Assembly: GCA_900617105.1 (NCBI GenBank) | Contig: UYFQ01000010.1 | Coordinates: 186,001 to 250,000, forward strand | Origin: Hydrurus foetidus | Taxonomy: Eukaryota | Direction of reading: 5' to 3' | Length of the DNA: 64,000 bases | In this document: piece after piece, positions 43,659 through 52,523 of the stretch | Layout: each line of letters begins with the position of its first letter | How positions within the stretch are numbered: the stretch's first letter is position 1 | Position numbers and translations under genes: made by a program | Notes under the pieces: generated by a model | What the model was told of the DNA's origin: nothing | The model's database searches: none | What the model saw: the letters and a program-made list of their open reading frames with translations, nothing else

Positions 43659-43727
43659 AACTTTGCGGGTCAGACCACGCACGAAGTGACGTGCTCTGAC
43701 CCCAACTGATTAAGAGAGACAAACAAC

Positions 43728-45398
43728 ATGGCAATCGTAGAAGTACAAGTCCCGGACATTGGCGACCTCGACGAGGTGGCGGTGATCGAGTTGATGGTCA
43801 AGGTGGGCGACACGGTCAAGGCCGAGCAAAGCCTGATCACGGTGGAGAGCGACAAGGCCTCCATGGAAATCCCGTCCAGCACCGCCGGTGTGGTGAAGGA
43901 GATCAAGGTCAAGCTGGGCGACAAGGTCAAGCAGGGCTCCATCGTGTTGGTGCTGGAAGCCGAAGGTGGCGCTGCCGCCCCGGCATCTGAACCAAAAGCG
44001 GCTCCAGCCCCCGTGGCTGCTGCGCCAGCAGCTCCTGTTTCTGTAGCAGCTGCGCCAGCCCCTGCGCCTGCAGCTTCCGGCCCGGTGGAAGTGCGCGTGC
44101 CTGACATTGGCGATTTCAAGGACGTGGCCGTCATTGAATTGCTGGTCAAGGTGGGCGACACCATCAAGGTCGAGCAAAGCCTGATCACCGTGGAGTCTGA
44201 CAAGGCCTCTATGGAAATCCCGTCCAGCACGGCGGGCGTGGTCAAAGAGATCAAGGTCAAGATCGGTGACACCGTGAACATCGGTGACTTGGTGGTGATT
44301 CTGGACGGCGTGGTGGGCACAGCCCCTGTGGCGGCACCGGCTGCACCGGCCCCGGCCACCGTTCGGGCTGAGCTTGTCGAAGCCTCTGCGAGCCCTTCGA
44401 CAAGCTCAGGGCGAACGGACGTCGTTGCTATCGCCGCGCACAACCCTGGCGCCCCAACCTTAGGCTTGCCCCATGCGTCGCCTTCGGTACGCAAGTTTGC
44501 GCGTGAACTCGGTGTGCCCTTGAATGAAGTCAAGGGCTCTGGCCCCAAGGGCCGCATTACCGAGACCGACGTGCAGGGTTTCACCCGCTCCGTGATGAGC
44601 GGCGCGGTGCAGACCCTGGCCGCAGCGGCGCAAGCCAAGGCCTCGGGCAGCAACGACGGCGCCGGCCTAGGCCTGATTCCTTGGCCCAAGGTGGACTTCA
44701 CCAAGTTTGGTCCGATCGAGCGCAAAGAAATGTCGCGCATCAAGAAGATCAGCGGTGCCAACCTGCTGCGCAACGCCATCATGATTCCGGCCGTCACCAA
44801 CCATGACGACGCCGACATCACCGACCTCGAAGCCTTCCGTGTTGCGACCAACAAAGAGAATGAAAAGGCCGGTGTCAAGGTCACCATGTTGGCCTTCCTG
44901 ATCAAGGCCTGCGTGGCGGCGCTGAAGAAGTACCCCGAGTTCAACAGCTCGCTGGATGGCGACGCCATCATTTACAAGCAGTACTTCCACATCGGCTTTG
45001 CCGCGGACACGCCCAATGGCTTGATGGTGCCGGTCATCAAAGATGCCGACAAAAAAGGCATCTTCCAGATCAGCGCCGAGATGGGCGAACTGGCCAAGAA
45101 GGCCCGCGACGGCAAGCTCAGCCCGGCAGAAATGTCGGGTGCGTCGTTCACCATCTCCAGCTTGGGCGGCATTGGCGGGCGTTATTTCACGCCCATCATC
45201 AACGCGCCTGAAGTGGCCATTCTGGGCGTCTGCAAGAGCCAGATGGAACCGGTCTGGGACGGAAAAGCCTTTGTGCCGCGCCTGATGCTGCCGCTGTCGC
45301 TGACCTGGGACCACCGCGTGATCGACGGCGCTGCAGCCGCACGCTTCAACGTGTACCTGGGCCAGATCCTGGGTGACTTCCGCCGCGTGCTGCTGTAA
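43728..45398 (+). CDS. aceF: Dihydrolipoamide acetyltransferase E2 (two lipoyl domains)
   Basis: Two [10 protein letters not shown] lipoyl motifs, E3-binding HASPSVRKFARELG, DHRVIDG. Confidence 0.98.
   Translation: MAIVEVQVPDIGDLDEVAVIELMVKVGDTVKAEQSLITVESDKASMEIPSSTAGVVKEIKVKLGDKVKQGSIVLVLEAEGGAAAPASEPKAAPAPVAAAPAAPVSVAAAPAPAPAASGPVEVRVPDIGDFKDVAVIELLVKVGDTIKVEQSLITVESDKASMEIPSSTAGVVKEIKVKIGDTVNIGDLVVILDGVVGTAPVAAPAAPAPATVRAELVEASASPSTSSGRTDVVAIAAHNPGAPTLGLPHASPSVRKFARELGVPLNEVKGSGPKGRITETDVQGFTRSVMSGAVQTLAAAAQAKASGSNDGAGLGLIPWPKVDFTKFGPIERKEMSRIKKISGANLLRNAIMIPAVTNHDDADITDLEAFRVATNKENEKAGVKVTMLAFLIKACVAALKKYPEFNSSLDGDAIIYKQYFHIGFAADTPNGLMVPVIKDADKKGIFQISAEMGELAKKARDGKLSPAEMSGASFTISSLGGIGGRYFTPIINAPEVAILGVCKSQMEPVWDGKAFVPRLMLPLSLTWDHRVIDGAAAARFNVYLGQILGDFRRVLL
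43988..44048 (-). repeat. Dispersed fixed-spacing repeat forming the aceF inter-lipoyl linker
   Basis: Reverse complement gctacagaaacaggagc-tgctg-gcgc-agcagccacgggg-gctggag. Confidence 0.7.
44359..44418. repeat. 60-bp palindromic element in-frame in the second aceF linker
   Basis: ccgttcgggctgagcttgtcgaag-N12-cttcgacaagctcagggcgaacgg; 24-bp arms with 2 mismatches. Confidence 0.85.
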
Positions 45399-45405
45399 GG
45401 CCAGC

Positions 45406-46002
45406 ATGACGACCATCGTTGTTGTCAAAAAGGCCGGGCAGGTGGCAATTGCCGCCGACACCCTGGTTACCTTTGGCGACACCCGCCTGAACCACCGGTT
45501 TGAGGCCAACAGCAAACTCTTCAAGGTAGAGGGCGTTGGTGGCATCAGCTACGTGGGGCTGGCGGGCACGGTGGCGCACTTTCCGGTGCTGCGCAAGGCG
45601 ATGGCGGCATTGCCCGCCGACAAGCTGCGCCTGAACAGCAAAGACCAGGTGTTTGACACCTTCACCCAGCTGCACCCGGTGCTCAAGGACACGTTCTTCC
45701 TGCAAACCAAAGAAGACGAGAACGACCCGTACGAGTCCAGCCAGTTCAGCGTGGTGATTGCCAACGCGACCGGCATCTATGGCCTCTACAGCTACCGTGA
45801 AGTCTTTGAGTTCAAGGAATTCTGGGGCATTGGCAGCGGCCGCAGCTTTGCGCTGGGCGCCATGCATGCCGCATGGGGCAGCCCCAAGACCGCACGCGAA
45901 CTGGCTGTGGCAGGCGTGGAGGCTGGATGCGAATTTGACAAAAACTCGGCCGGCCCGGTTGAGGTGTTCACCATCAAACTGAAGAAACAAAAAAGCGAGT
46001 AA
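45406..46002 (+). CDS. Ntn-hydrolase, proteasome/HslV-like (probable BPH family)
   Basis: M-T-T-IVVV N-terminal Thr, [17 protein letters not shown], typical of proteasome beta-type subunits. Confidence 0.75.
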   Translation: MTTIVVVKKAGQVAIAADTLVTFGDTRLNHRFEANSKLFKVEGVGGISYVGLAGTVAHFPVLRKAMAALPADKLRLNSKDQVFDTFTQLHPVLKDTFFLQTKEDENDPYESSQFSVVIANATGIYGLYSYREVFEFKEFWGIGSGRSFALGAMHAAWGSPKTARELAVAGVEAGCEFDKNSAGPVEVFTIKLKKQKSE

Positions 46003-46006
46003 AGCT

Positions 46007-47857
46007 ATGGCAATCGTAGAAATCAAGGTTCCGGACATTGGCGACTTGGACGAAGTTGCGGTCATTGAACTGCTGGTCAAGGTGGGCGACACCATCAAGG
46101 CCGAGCAAAGCCTGATCACCGTGGAGAGCGACAAGGCCTCCATGGAAATCCCCGCCAGCGAAGGCGGCGTGGTGAAGGAGCTCATGGTCAAGCTGGGCGA
46201 CAAGGTCAAGCAGGGCACCGTGGTGGTGTTGCTGGAGGCCTCAGGCGCTGCTGCAGCCCCAACATCTGAACAAAAACCGGCTCCAGCCCCCGTCGCTGCT
46301 GCGCCAGCAGCTCCTGTTTCTGTAGCAAGCGCCGCAGCAACGCCAGCACCCGCAGCCTCCAGTTTTGGCGGCAGTGCGGACCTGGAGTGCGACCTGGTGG
46401 TGATCGGCGGTGGCCCCGGCGGCTACTCCGCGGCTTTCCGCGCTGCGGACTTGGGCCTGAAGGTCATTGTGGTCGAGCGTTATGCCACCCTGGGCGGCGT
46501 CTGCCTGAACGTGGGATGCATCCCCTCCAAGGCACTGTTGCACGTGGCCGCCGTCATGGACGAGGTCAGCCACATGGCCGACCTGGGCGTGGACTTTGGC
46601 GCCCCGACGCTGAACATCGACAAGCTGCGCGGCCACAAGGAAAAAGTCATCGGCAAGTTGACAGGCGGCCTGGCTGCCATGGCCAAGATGCGCAAGGTCA
46701 CTACCGTGCGCGGCTACGGCAACTTTGTGGGTGCCAACCACCTGGAAGTGGAAGAGACCACAGGCACTGCACAAGAGAAGACCGGCGGCAAGAAGGTCAT
46801 CGCATTCAAGAACGCCATCATTGCTGCGGGTTCTCAAGCCGTGCGTCTGCCCTTCATGCCCAACGACCCGCGCGTGGTGGACTCCACAGGGGCGCTGGAG
46901 CTCAAAGAAGTCCCCAAGCGCATGCTGATATTGGGCGGCGGCATCATCGGCCTGGAAATGGGCACCGTCTACAGCACACTGGGCGCGCGCCTGGACGTGG
47001 TGGAAATGCTGGACGGTCTGATGCAAGGCGCCGACCGCGACCTGGTGAAGATCTGGCAGAAGATGAACGCAAAGCGCTTCGACAACATCATGCTCAAGAC
47101 CAAGACCGTGTCCGCACGCGCCTTGCCCGAAGGCATTGAGGTGACGTTTGCAGCGGCAGAGGAGGGCGGTACCGCCCCCGCGCCCCAGGTGTACGACTTG
47201 GTCCTGCAAGCCGTGGGCCGTACGCCCAATGGCAAGAAGATCAGCGCCGAGAAGGCCGGTGTGGCGGTGACCGACCGCGGCTTCATCAACGTTGACATTC
47301 AGATGCGCACCAACGTGCCCCACATCTTCGCCATCGGCGACGTGGTGGGCCAGCCCATGCTGGCGCACAAGGCCGTGCACGAGGCACACGTGGCCGCCGA
47401 AGTGATTGCCGGTGAACTGCAAGGCAACAAAGAGCTAGCCGCAGCCGCCTTCAACGCCCGCGTTATCCCCAGTGTGGCCTACACCGACCCCGAAGTGGCC
47501 TGGGTCGGCCTCACCGAAGACCAGGCCAAGGCCCAAGGCATCAAGGTCAAGAAGGGCCTGTTCCCTTGGACCGCATCGGGCCGCGCCATTGCCAACGGCC
47601 GCGACGAAGGCGTCACCAAGTTGCTGTTTGACGATTCACCCGAGGCCCATGGCCACGGCAAGATCCTGGGCGGCGGCATGGTCGGCACCCACGCGGGCGA
47701 CATGATCGGCGAGATCGCGCTGGCCATCGAGATGGGCGCGGACGCGGTGGACATCGGCAAGACGATTCACCCGCATCCGACGCTGGGCGAGAGCATCGGC
47801 ATGGCTGCGGAGATTGCGCATGGGTCTTGTACTGATGTGCCGCCGGCAAAGAAGTAA
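46007..47857 (+). CDS. lpdA: Dihydrolipoamide dehydrogenase E3 with N-terminal lipoyl domain
   Basis: [38 protein letters not shown]. Confidence 0.98.
   Translation: MAIVEIKVPDIGDLDEVAVIELLVKVGDTIKAEQSLITVESDKASMEIPASEGGVVKELMVKLGDKVKQGTVVVLLEASGAAAAPTSEQKPAPAPVAAAPAAPVSVASAAATPAPAASSFGGSADLECDLVVIGGGPGGYSAAFRAADLGLKVIVVERYATLGGVCLNVGCIPSKALLHVAAVMDEVSHMADLGVDFGAPTLNIDKLRGHKEKVIGKLTGGLAAMAKMRKVTTVRGYGNFVGANHLEVEETTGTAQEKTGGKKVIAFKNAIIAAGSQAVRLPFMPNDPRVVDSTGALELKEVPKRMLILGGGIIGLEMGTVYSTLGARLDVVEMLDGLMQGADRDLVKIWQKMNAKRFDNIMLKTKTVSARALPEGIEVTFAAAEEGGTAPAPQVYDLVLQAVGRTPNGKKISAEKAGVAVTDRGFINVDIQMRTNVPHIFAIGDVVGQPMLAHKAVHEAHVAAEVIAGELQGNKELAAAAFNARVIPSVAYTDPEVAWVGLTEDQAKAQGIKVKKGLFPWTASGRAIANGRDEGVTKLLFDDSPEAHGHGKILGGGMVGTHAGDMIGEIALAIEMGADAVDIGKTIHPHPTLGESIGMAAEIAHGSCTDVPPAKK
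46267..46327 (-). repeat. Dispersed fixed-spacing repeat forming the lpdA linker
   Basis: Reverse complement gctacagaaacaggagc-tgctg-gcgc-agcagcgacgggg-gctggag. Confidence 0.7.
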
Positions 47858-47876
47858 GCCGGGCTCAATACCTAGG

Positions 47877-47934
47877 CGCTACTAAATTAGTAGCTGGCCG
47901 CGCAGATTCCGTAAGGGCTGCGCGGCTTTTTTTA
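47877..47934 (+). repeat. Dispersed repeat copy doubling as terminator of the PDH operon
   Basis: gctactaaattagtagc-tggcc-gcgc-agattccgtaagg-gctgcgcggc-ttttttt; gccgcgcag/ctgcgcggc hairpin plus U-tract. Confidence 0.8.
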
Positions 47935-48165
47935 TCAAATCCGCCAGTGCTTTCCCTGCATGGGCGTGTCACGCACCGGCCACACGGGGCACAGCATTTG
48001 CACAACCTCCATCAGGCTCAGCCACTCTGCGATGGGGTCCACCCCAGACGCGCTGTCCAGCATCGGCTGAAATGGAACCCCTGCTTCACGCGCCAAAACC
48101 GGAATTGAAACCGCGCGGGTTGGCGCCGCTTCAGCACTGGTATCGGTGTTATCCGAGAAGTTCAT
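47935..48165 (-). CDS. Small hypothetical protein overlapping the nucleotidyltransferase gene
   Basis: ATG at 48165 lies just before the upstream gene's stop; 76 aa ending WLSLMEVVQMLCPVWPVR...WRI. Confidence 0.55.
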   Translation of the reverse strand: MNFSDNTDTSAEAAPTRAVSIPVLAREAGVPFQPMLDSASGVDPIAEWLSLMEVVQMLCPVWPVRDTPMQGKHWRI

Positions 48166-48667
48166 GAAGAAGTTCAGGTTGGTTAAACAAGGCAAAGTAC
48201 TCGCGCAACTCATCCATGTTGAGTGAGGTACGGTGTATTTTCAGGAGTGCACGGATGTCGTCCAAGTCGCGCGTGCGCGTTGCGTCATTCACGTAGCCCT
48301 GCAGTTTGAAGCCTATGAGTCCTTCGACGCTGATGATGCGCATGCGGCCCATCGGGGTATCGCGCTCCGATGCTTGTGCCAGCAGGCGACGCGCCAGTGG
48401 ACGATGGGCATAGAGCAAATCCAAACCTTCCGCAGCGCGCACATAGTTGGCAGCGTCTTCACTGCGGTACAGGCACTGGTAGCCTAAATTCAGCAGCGCA
48501 CCATGAACTTGGTCCGCTGCTTCGGCCTCCAACAGAAAGTCGACATCTTTGGTAGCACGCACCACTTGATGAGCAACCACCGCCAAGCCACCAATCAATG
48601 CCGGCTGTGTGCCATTGCGTGCAAACATGGACAATGCTTCGCGAATTTGTTCGGCCAGATTGGGCAT
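48149..48667 (-). CDS. Nucleotidyltransferase (AbiEii-like/Pol-beta superfamily)
   Basis: LIGGLAV..H...RATKDVDFL (GG...DxD) and late FK...R..D..D motif. Confidence 0.8.
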   Translation of the reverse strand: MPNLAEQIREALSMFARNGTQPALIGGLAVVAHQVVRATKDVDFLLEAEAADQVHGALLNLGYQCLYRSEDAANYVRAAEGLDLLYAHRPLARRLLAQASERDTPMGRMRIISVEGLIGFKLQGYVNDATRTRDLDDIRALLKIHRTSLNMDELREYFALFNQPELLHELLG

Positions 48668-48848
48668 GTCTGCTGTGTGAATGAGTGGTTTTGGGCATCA
48701 TAGCGCCTCATATCGCAGACCTGCGCTTGGTATTGCAAGCCGGGGATGTGAAAGATTCTCAAGAAAAAATCGTACGGCGCACAATATTTCCGATTCTGAA
48801 CCGTCTTCAGAGGTATGGACTTGCTGCTGCCCCCGCTGCCCCCTGTGA

Positions 48849-49406
48849 ATGACTGACCAAGACCGCGACATCGCTGCTGTGGTGGTGCGCGAGCGCTCCC
48901 GGTTGGGAAATTTCATCCGGCACCGCGTGCGCGACCCGACGGATGCGGAAGACATCCTGCAAGACGTGTTCTACGAATTCGTGGAGGCTTACCGGCTTCC
49001 CGAATCGATTGAGCAGGTTGGCGCATGGCTCTTCCAGGTGGCGCGCCATCGCATCATTGACCGCTTCCGCAAGAAGGGAGAGCAGTCCTTGAATGAAGCA
49101 ACCGGTGACGCTGACGACGAGGACAGCGAGGCGTACCGGCTCGATCTCGCCTTGCCGTCGTTGGACGCGGGGCCGGAGGCGCAGTACGCCAGATCGGTGT
49201 TGCTGCAGACCCTGCAGCTGGCCTTGGACGAGTTGCCGGACAACCAGCGGGAGGTCTTTGTGGCGCACGAGATCGAAGGGCGCAGCTTCAAGGATATGGC
49301 GGCGCAAAGTGGCGTTGCTGTGAACACCTTGCTGGCACGTAAGCGCTATGCGGTCTTGTCTTTGCGTACCCGTCTTCAAGCGGTGTACGACGAATTTGAA
49401 ACTTGA
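48849..49406 (+). CDS. ECF RNA polymerase sigma factor
   Basis: DAEDILQDVF, AWLFQVARHRIIDRFRK, region 4 LPDNQREVF...TLLARKRYA. Confidence 0.9.
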   Translation: MTDQDRDIAAVVVRERSRLGNFIRHRVRDPTDAEDILQDVFYEFVEAYRLPESIEQVGAWLFQVARHRIIDRFRKKGEQSLNEATGDADDEDSEAYRLDLALPSLDAGPEAQYARSVLLQTLQLALDELPDNQREVFVAHEIEGRSFKDMAAQSGVAVNTLLARKRYAVLSLRTRLQAVYDEFET

Positions 49407-49414
49407 AACCTGAT

Positions 49415-50743
49415 CAGTAGTGTCCCAACGTTTTTCAGAGGAGAACGAGCTGTCGAGGCTCGAAATCCAAAACTGAATCGGTCGCGGATGGCGTAAGTAG
49501 TTGATTTATTGGGGTTTGTTCAAACATGGTCAAGCTCAGGATTTGTAGGATTTCGTAAAGGCTGTGATGTTCAAGATGCAAGCGCTTCTTTGCAATGGCG
49601 ATCAACACGTAGGTGCAAACCGCAATCCAGATTTGCGTCTTCACGGCGTTCTCGCTGGTGCCCAAGAAAGCTTTGATGCGAAGGTGCTGCTTGACCCATT
49701 TGAAGAACAACTCCACCTTCCAGCGTTGACGGTACAGATCGGCAATGAGCTCTGGCTTCAAGGCAAAGTTGTTGGTCAGAAACGTGATGCGCTTGCCGGT
49801 TTCGTCCTTGACTACCACCCGGCGCAAAGTAGTTGGGTAATCCTTGCTGGAGTAGAACACCGTGAGCACGCCGATCTGATCGCAGATAACCGACGTGTTG
49901 CTGCGGTCCACAGGGTTGGAATAGCGCCGTCTGAACTGGGTATTGCTCTTGGCACGCGTCACGAAGAAGGCCTGCGCCTGATGAATCACGTACAGCCTCT
50001 TGAAATCCAGATAACCCCGATCCATCAGGTAGAACGCTCCGGCTTCGAGCACCAAATCGTCCAGTACGTTGACCTCGTGGGTCTTGCCATCGGTGATGTG
50101 AATGAAGCTGGGGATGGAGCCATGCAGATCCAGCAAGGTGTGCAGCTTGATAGCGGCCTTGGTGGATCGAAACGGCGCCCACGGATGCAGGGACAGACAC
50201 AAGTCGATGGTGCTGGCGTCGAACGCGTAGACGGCTGCATCCAGATCGATGCCCAAAGGCTCTTTGGCATACAACGGTCTGGCCATACCAATCAGGTGCT
50301 GGGCAAAGTCCGCGTAAATCTGCCACGGTCGTGTGGCGTTCGCATTGGCCAGCGTGTTGCGCGAAATCGTAGAGCAGCGAAAACCCATGTGATAAAGCCG
50401 ATTGGCTTGCGCGCGCAGGTTCACCTCGATGTCGCGCAAGGACTCCCGGTAGGTCAGTTGCGCGAATGCCATGGCGAAGAACTGGTCCAGGCACGAAAAG
50501 TCTTTGACCTTGTGGTCCCCGCGATGCTTGGCCACACAACGCCGGAAAGTAGTCATGGGCAGAAAGGCCATGAGTTGAGAAAACACGAGCTTGCCTTGGT
50601 GCATACCGGCCCTTCGCGCGAATGCGCAAAAGGCCATAAGTCTGACGCTCGACGTTCAAATCGAGACCAGACTGAAATGCAAAATTCTGCAAGTAAATCA
50701 TTAACTTACGAAGTCCTGATGTGAGAACGTTGGGACACTACTG
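49415..50743 (-). mobile_element. IS4-family insertion sequence, 1329 bp
   Basis: 18-bp perfect terminal inverted repeats CAGTAGTGTCCCAACGTT; 9-bp target duplication AAACCTGAT at 49406-49414 and 50744-50752. Confidence 0.95.
49435..50604 (-). CDS. IS4-family DDE transposase
   Basis: FDASTIDL, MDRGY, YRQRWKVELFFKWVKQ (Y-R-E-K signature). Confidence 0.95.
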   Translation of the reverse strand: MHQGKLVFSQLMAFLPMTTFRRCVAKHRGDHKVKDFSCLDQFFAMAFAQLTYRESLRDIEVNLRAQANRLYHMGFRCSTISRNTLANANATRPWQIYADFAQHLIGMARPLYAKEPLGIDLDAAVYAFDASTIDLCLSLHPWAPFRSTKAAIKLHTLLDLHGSIPSFIHITDGKTHEVNVLDDLVLEAGAFYLMDRGYLDFKRLYVIHQAQAFFVTRAKSNTQFRRRYSNPVDRSNTSVICDQIGVLTVFYSSKDYPTTLRRVVVKDETGKRITFLTNNFALKPELIADLYRQRWKVELFFKWVKQHLRIKAFLGTSENAVKTQIWIAVCTYVLIAIAKKRLHLEHHSLYEILQILSLTMFEQTPINQLLTPSATDSVLDFEPRQLVLL

Positions 50744-50773
50744 AAACCTGATGACATTTGAAGGAGAAGAAAC

Positions 50774-51091
50774 ATGAGATCAAAATTTGGCTTTTGGCGC
50801 TACGTGGCGTGGCCTGTTGTGGGCTTGCTGGCGGCGGTTGTGATGAGCGGGGCGGTGATGCTGCTGTGGAACGCCGTGGCCCCCGCGCTGTTTGCTGATG
50901 CCCGGCAGATCGACTACTTGCACGCGCTGGGCCTGCTGGCGTTATGCCGCATCCTCTTTGGTGGTTCTCGTGGGCACGGCGGTTGGCATGGGCGCAACCG
51001 CTGGAACAAATGGCAATCTATGACGCCTGAGGAGCGCGAACAGTTTCATCGGCGCGGACCCTGGGGCCGATCGACTGAAGGACAGAAATGA
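50774..51091 (+). CDS. Small membrane protein in the ECF sigma operon
   Basis: AGGAG RBS; two hydrophobic segments, Gly-rich tail, KWQSMTPEERE; overlaps the MFS start. Confidence 0.75.
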   Translation: MRSKFGFWRYVAWPVVGLLAAVVMSGAVMLLWNAVAPALFADARQIDYLHALGLLALCRILFGGSRGHGGWHGRNRWNKWQSMTPEEREQFHRRGPWGRSTEGQK

Positions 51092-52347
51092 AACCAACCG
51101 CTACAGCCTCAACCGATAGCAAGCCCGTGCCCTTGAAGTTTTCTGGCTACCAGAAAACCGTCGTCGCCATTCTGGCGTTCCTGCAGTTCGCCGTCATTCT
51201 GGATTTCATGCTCATGGCCCCGCTGGGCGCGGTGATCATGCCGACGTTGGGCATCAGCCCCAGCCAGTTTGGGCTGGTGGTGTCTGCCTATGCATTTAGC
51301 GCCGGTGTGGTGGGTTTGCTGACGGCTGGCTTTGCGGACCGTTACGACCGCAAGAAGTTACTGCTTTTTTTCTACGCGGGTTTTATCCTCGGCACGCTGT
51401 GGTGCGGGCTGGCGCAAAGCTTCGAGGCCCTGCTGACGGCACGTATCGTCACCGGCCTGTTTGGCGGTGTCATCGGCTCGGTGGTGCTGGCCATTGCGAC
51501 CGACCTGTTCCCGCCCCAGATGCGTGGCCGCGTGATGGGCGTGGTGCAGACGGCCTTTGCGGCAAGCCAGGTGCTGGGCATCCCCGTCGGGCTGTACCTG
51601 TCCAACCAATGGAATTGGCACATGCCATTTCTGGCGATGGCGGCGCTTGGCCTGCTGGGCGGCGTGGCCGTCGTCTGGTTCATGCGACCCGTTGCCGACC
51701 ATCTGAAACTGCCCCAAGAACACAGCCCCTGGATGCACCTGTTCCACACCTTGACCGAGTCGCGCTACCTGCTCGCTTTTGCGACCACCGCGCTGGTGGC
51801 CACCGGCGGCTTCATGCTGATGCCCTTCAGCAGCGCGTTTGCCGTCAACAACCTGGGCATCAGCCTGGACCATCTGCCAACGGTCTATCTGATCACCGGC
51901 TTGTGCACCATTGTCTTCGGACCCTTGATTGGCAGGGCGGCTGACGCGTTTGGTCAGTTGCGTGTGTTCATGTTTGGCACGGTGGTGACGATTGTCATGG
52001 TGCTGGTCTACACGCACCTCGGCCCCGTGTCTCTTGGCGTGGTCATCGTCGTCAACACCGTCATGTTCGTCGGAATCTTCTCGCGCATGATTCCTTTTCG
52101 GGCGTTGATAGCCGGGGTGCCTATCGCCTCGCAGCGCGGGTCGTTCAACGCAATCAGCGGGTCTTTGCAGCAGCTCTCTGGTGGTATTGCCTCTGTCATC
52201 GCCGGGCACATTGTCACCATCGGGGTGGATGGCAAGCTGGAGCACTTTGATGTGGCGGGCTACGTGGTATTGGGCGCCTCGGTTGCTGCTGCCACATTGC
52301 TGTGGCAACTGGAGCGCAACACCCGAATCCAGGCGCTTGCCAGCTGA
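51088..52347 (+). CDS. MFS transporter
   Basis: About 12 hydrophobic segments; GFADRYDRK motif A. Confidence 0.92.
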   Translation: MKPTATASTDSKPVPLKFSGYQKTVVAILAFLQFAVILDFMLMAPLGAVIMPTLGISPSQFGLVVSAYAFSAGVVGLLTAGFADRYDRKKLLLFFYAGFILGTLWCGLAQSFEALLTARIVTGLFGGVIGSVVLAIATDLFPPQMRGRVMGVVQTAFAASQVLGIPVGLYLSNQWNWHMPFLAMAALGLLGGVAVVWFMRPVADHLKLPQEHSPWMHLFHTLTESRYLLAFATTALVATGGFMLMPFSSAFAVNNLGISLDHLPTVYLITGLCTIVFGPLIGRAADAFGQLRVFMFGTVVTIVMVLVYTHLGPVSLGVVIVVNTVMFVGIFSRMIPFRALIAGVPIASQRGSFNAISGSLQQLSGGIASVIAGHIVTIGVDGKLEHFDVAGYVVLGASVAAATLLWQLERNTRIQALAS

Positions 52348-52523
52348 GGGTTTGCATTGAGGAATCCGATGACATGGCTGACCGCTTCGGGCTGACTGGC
52401 AAGGGCGACTTGATCTGCACATGGGTATGAGCTTGGGGGTGACGTTCGCGTTCGTGGTGGCATGCCTCGCGGTGGTATCTTGGGTGTCCAATGTAGGACA
52501 ACCTATTCGCAATTGAGCACCCT

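Noticed and set aside
49564..50724. Long alternative ORFs within the IS (386 aa on +, 376 aa on -)
   Set aside because: Shadow frames of the transposase with no recognisable motifs.
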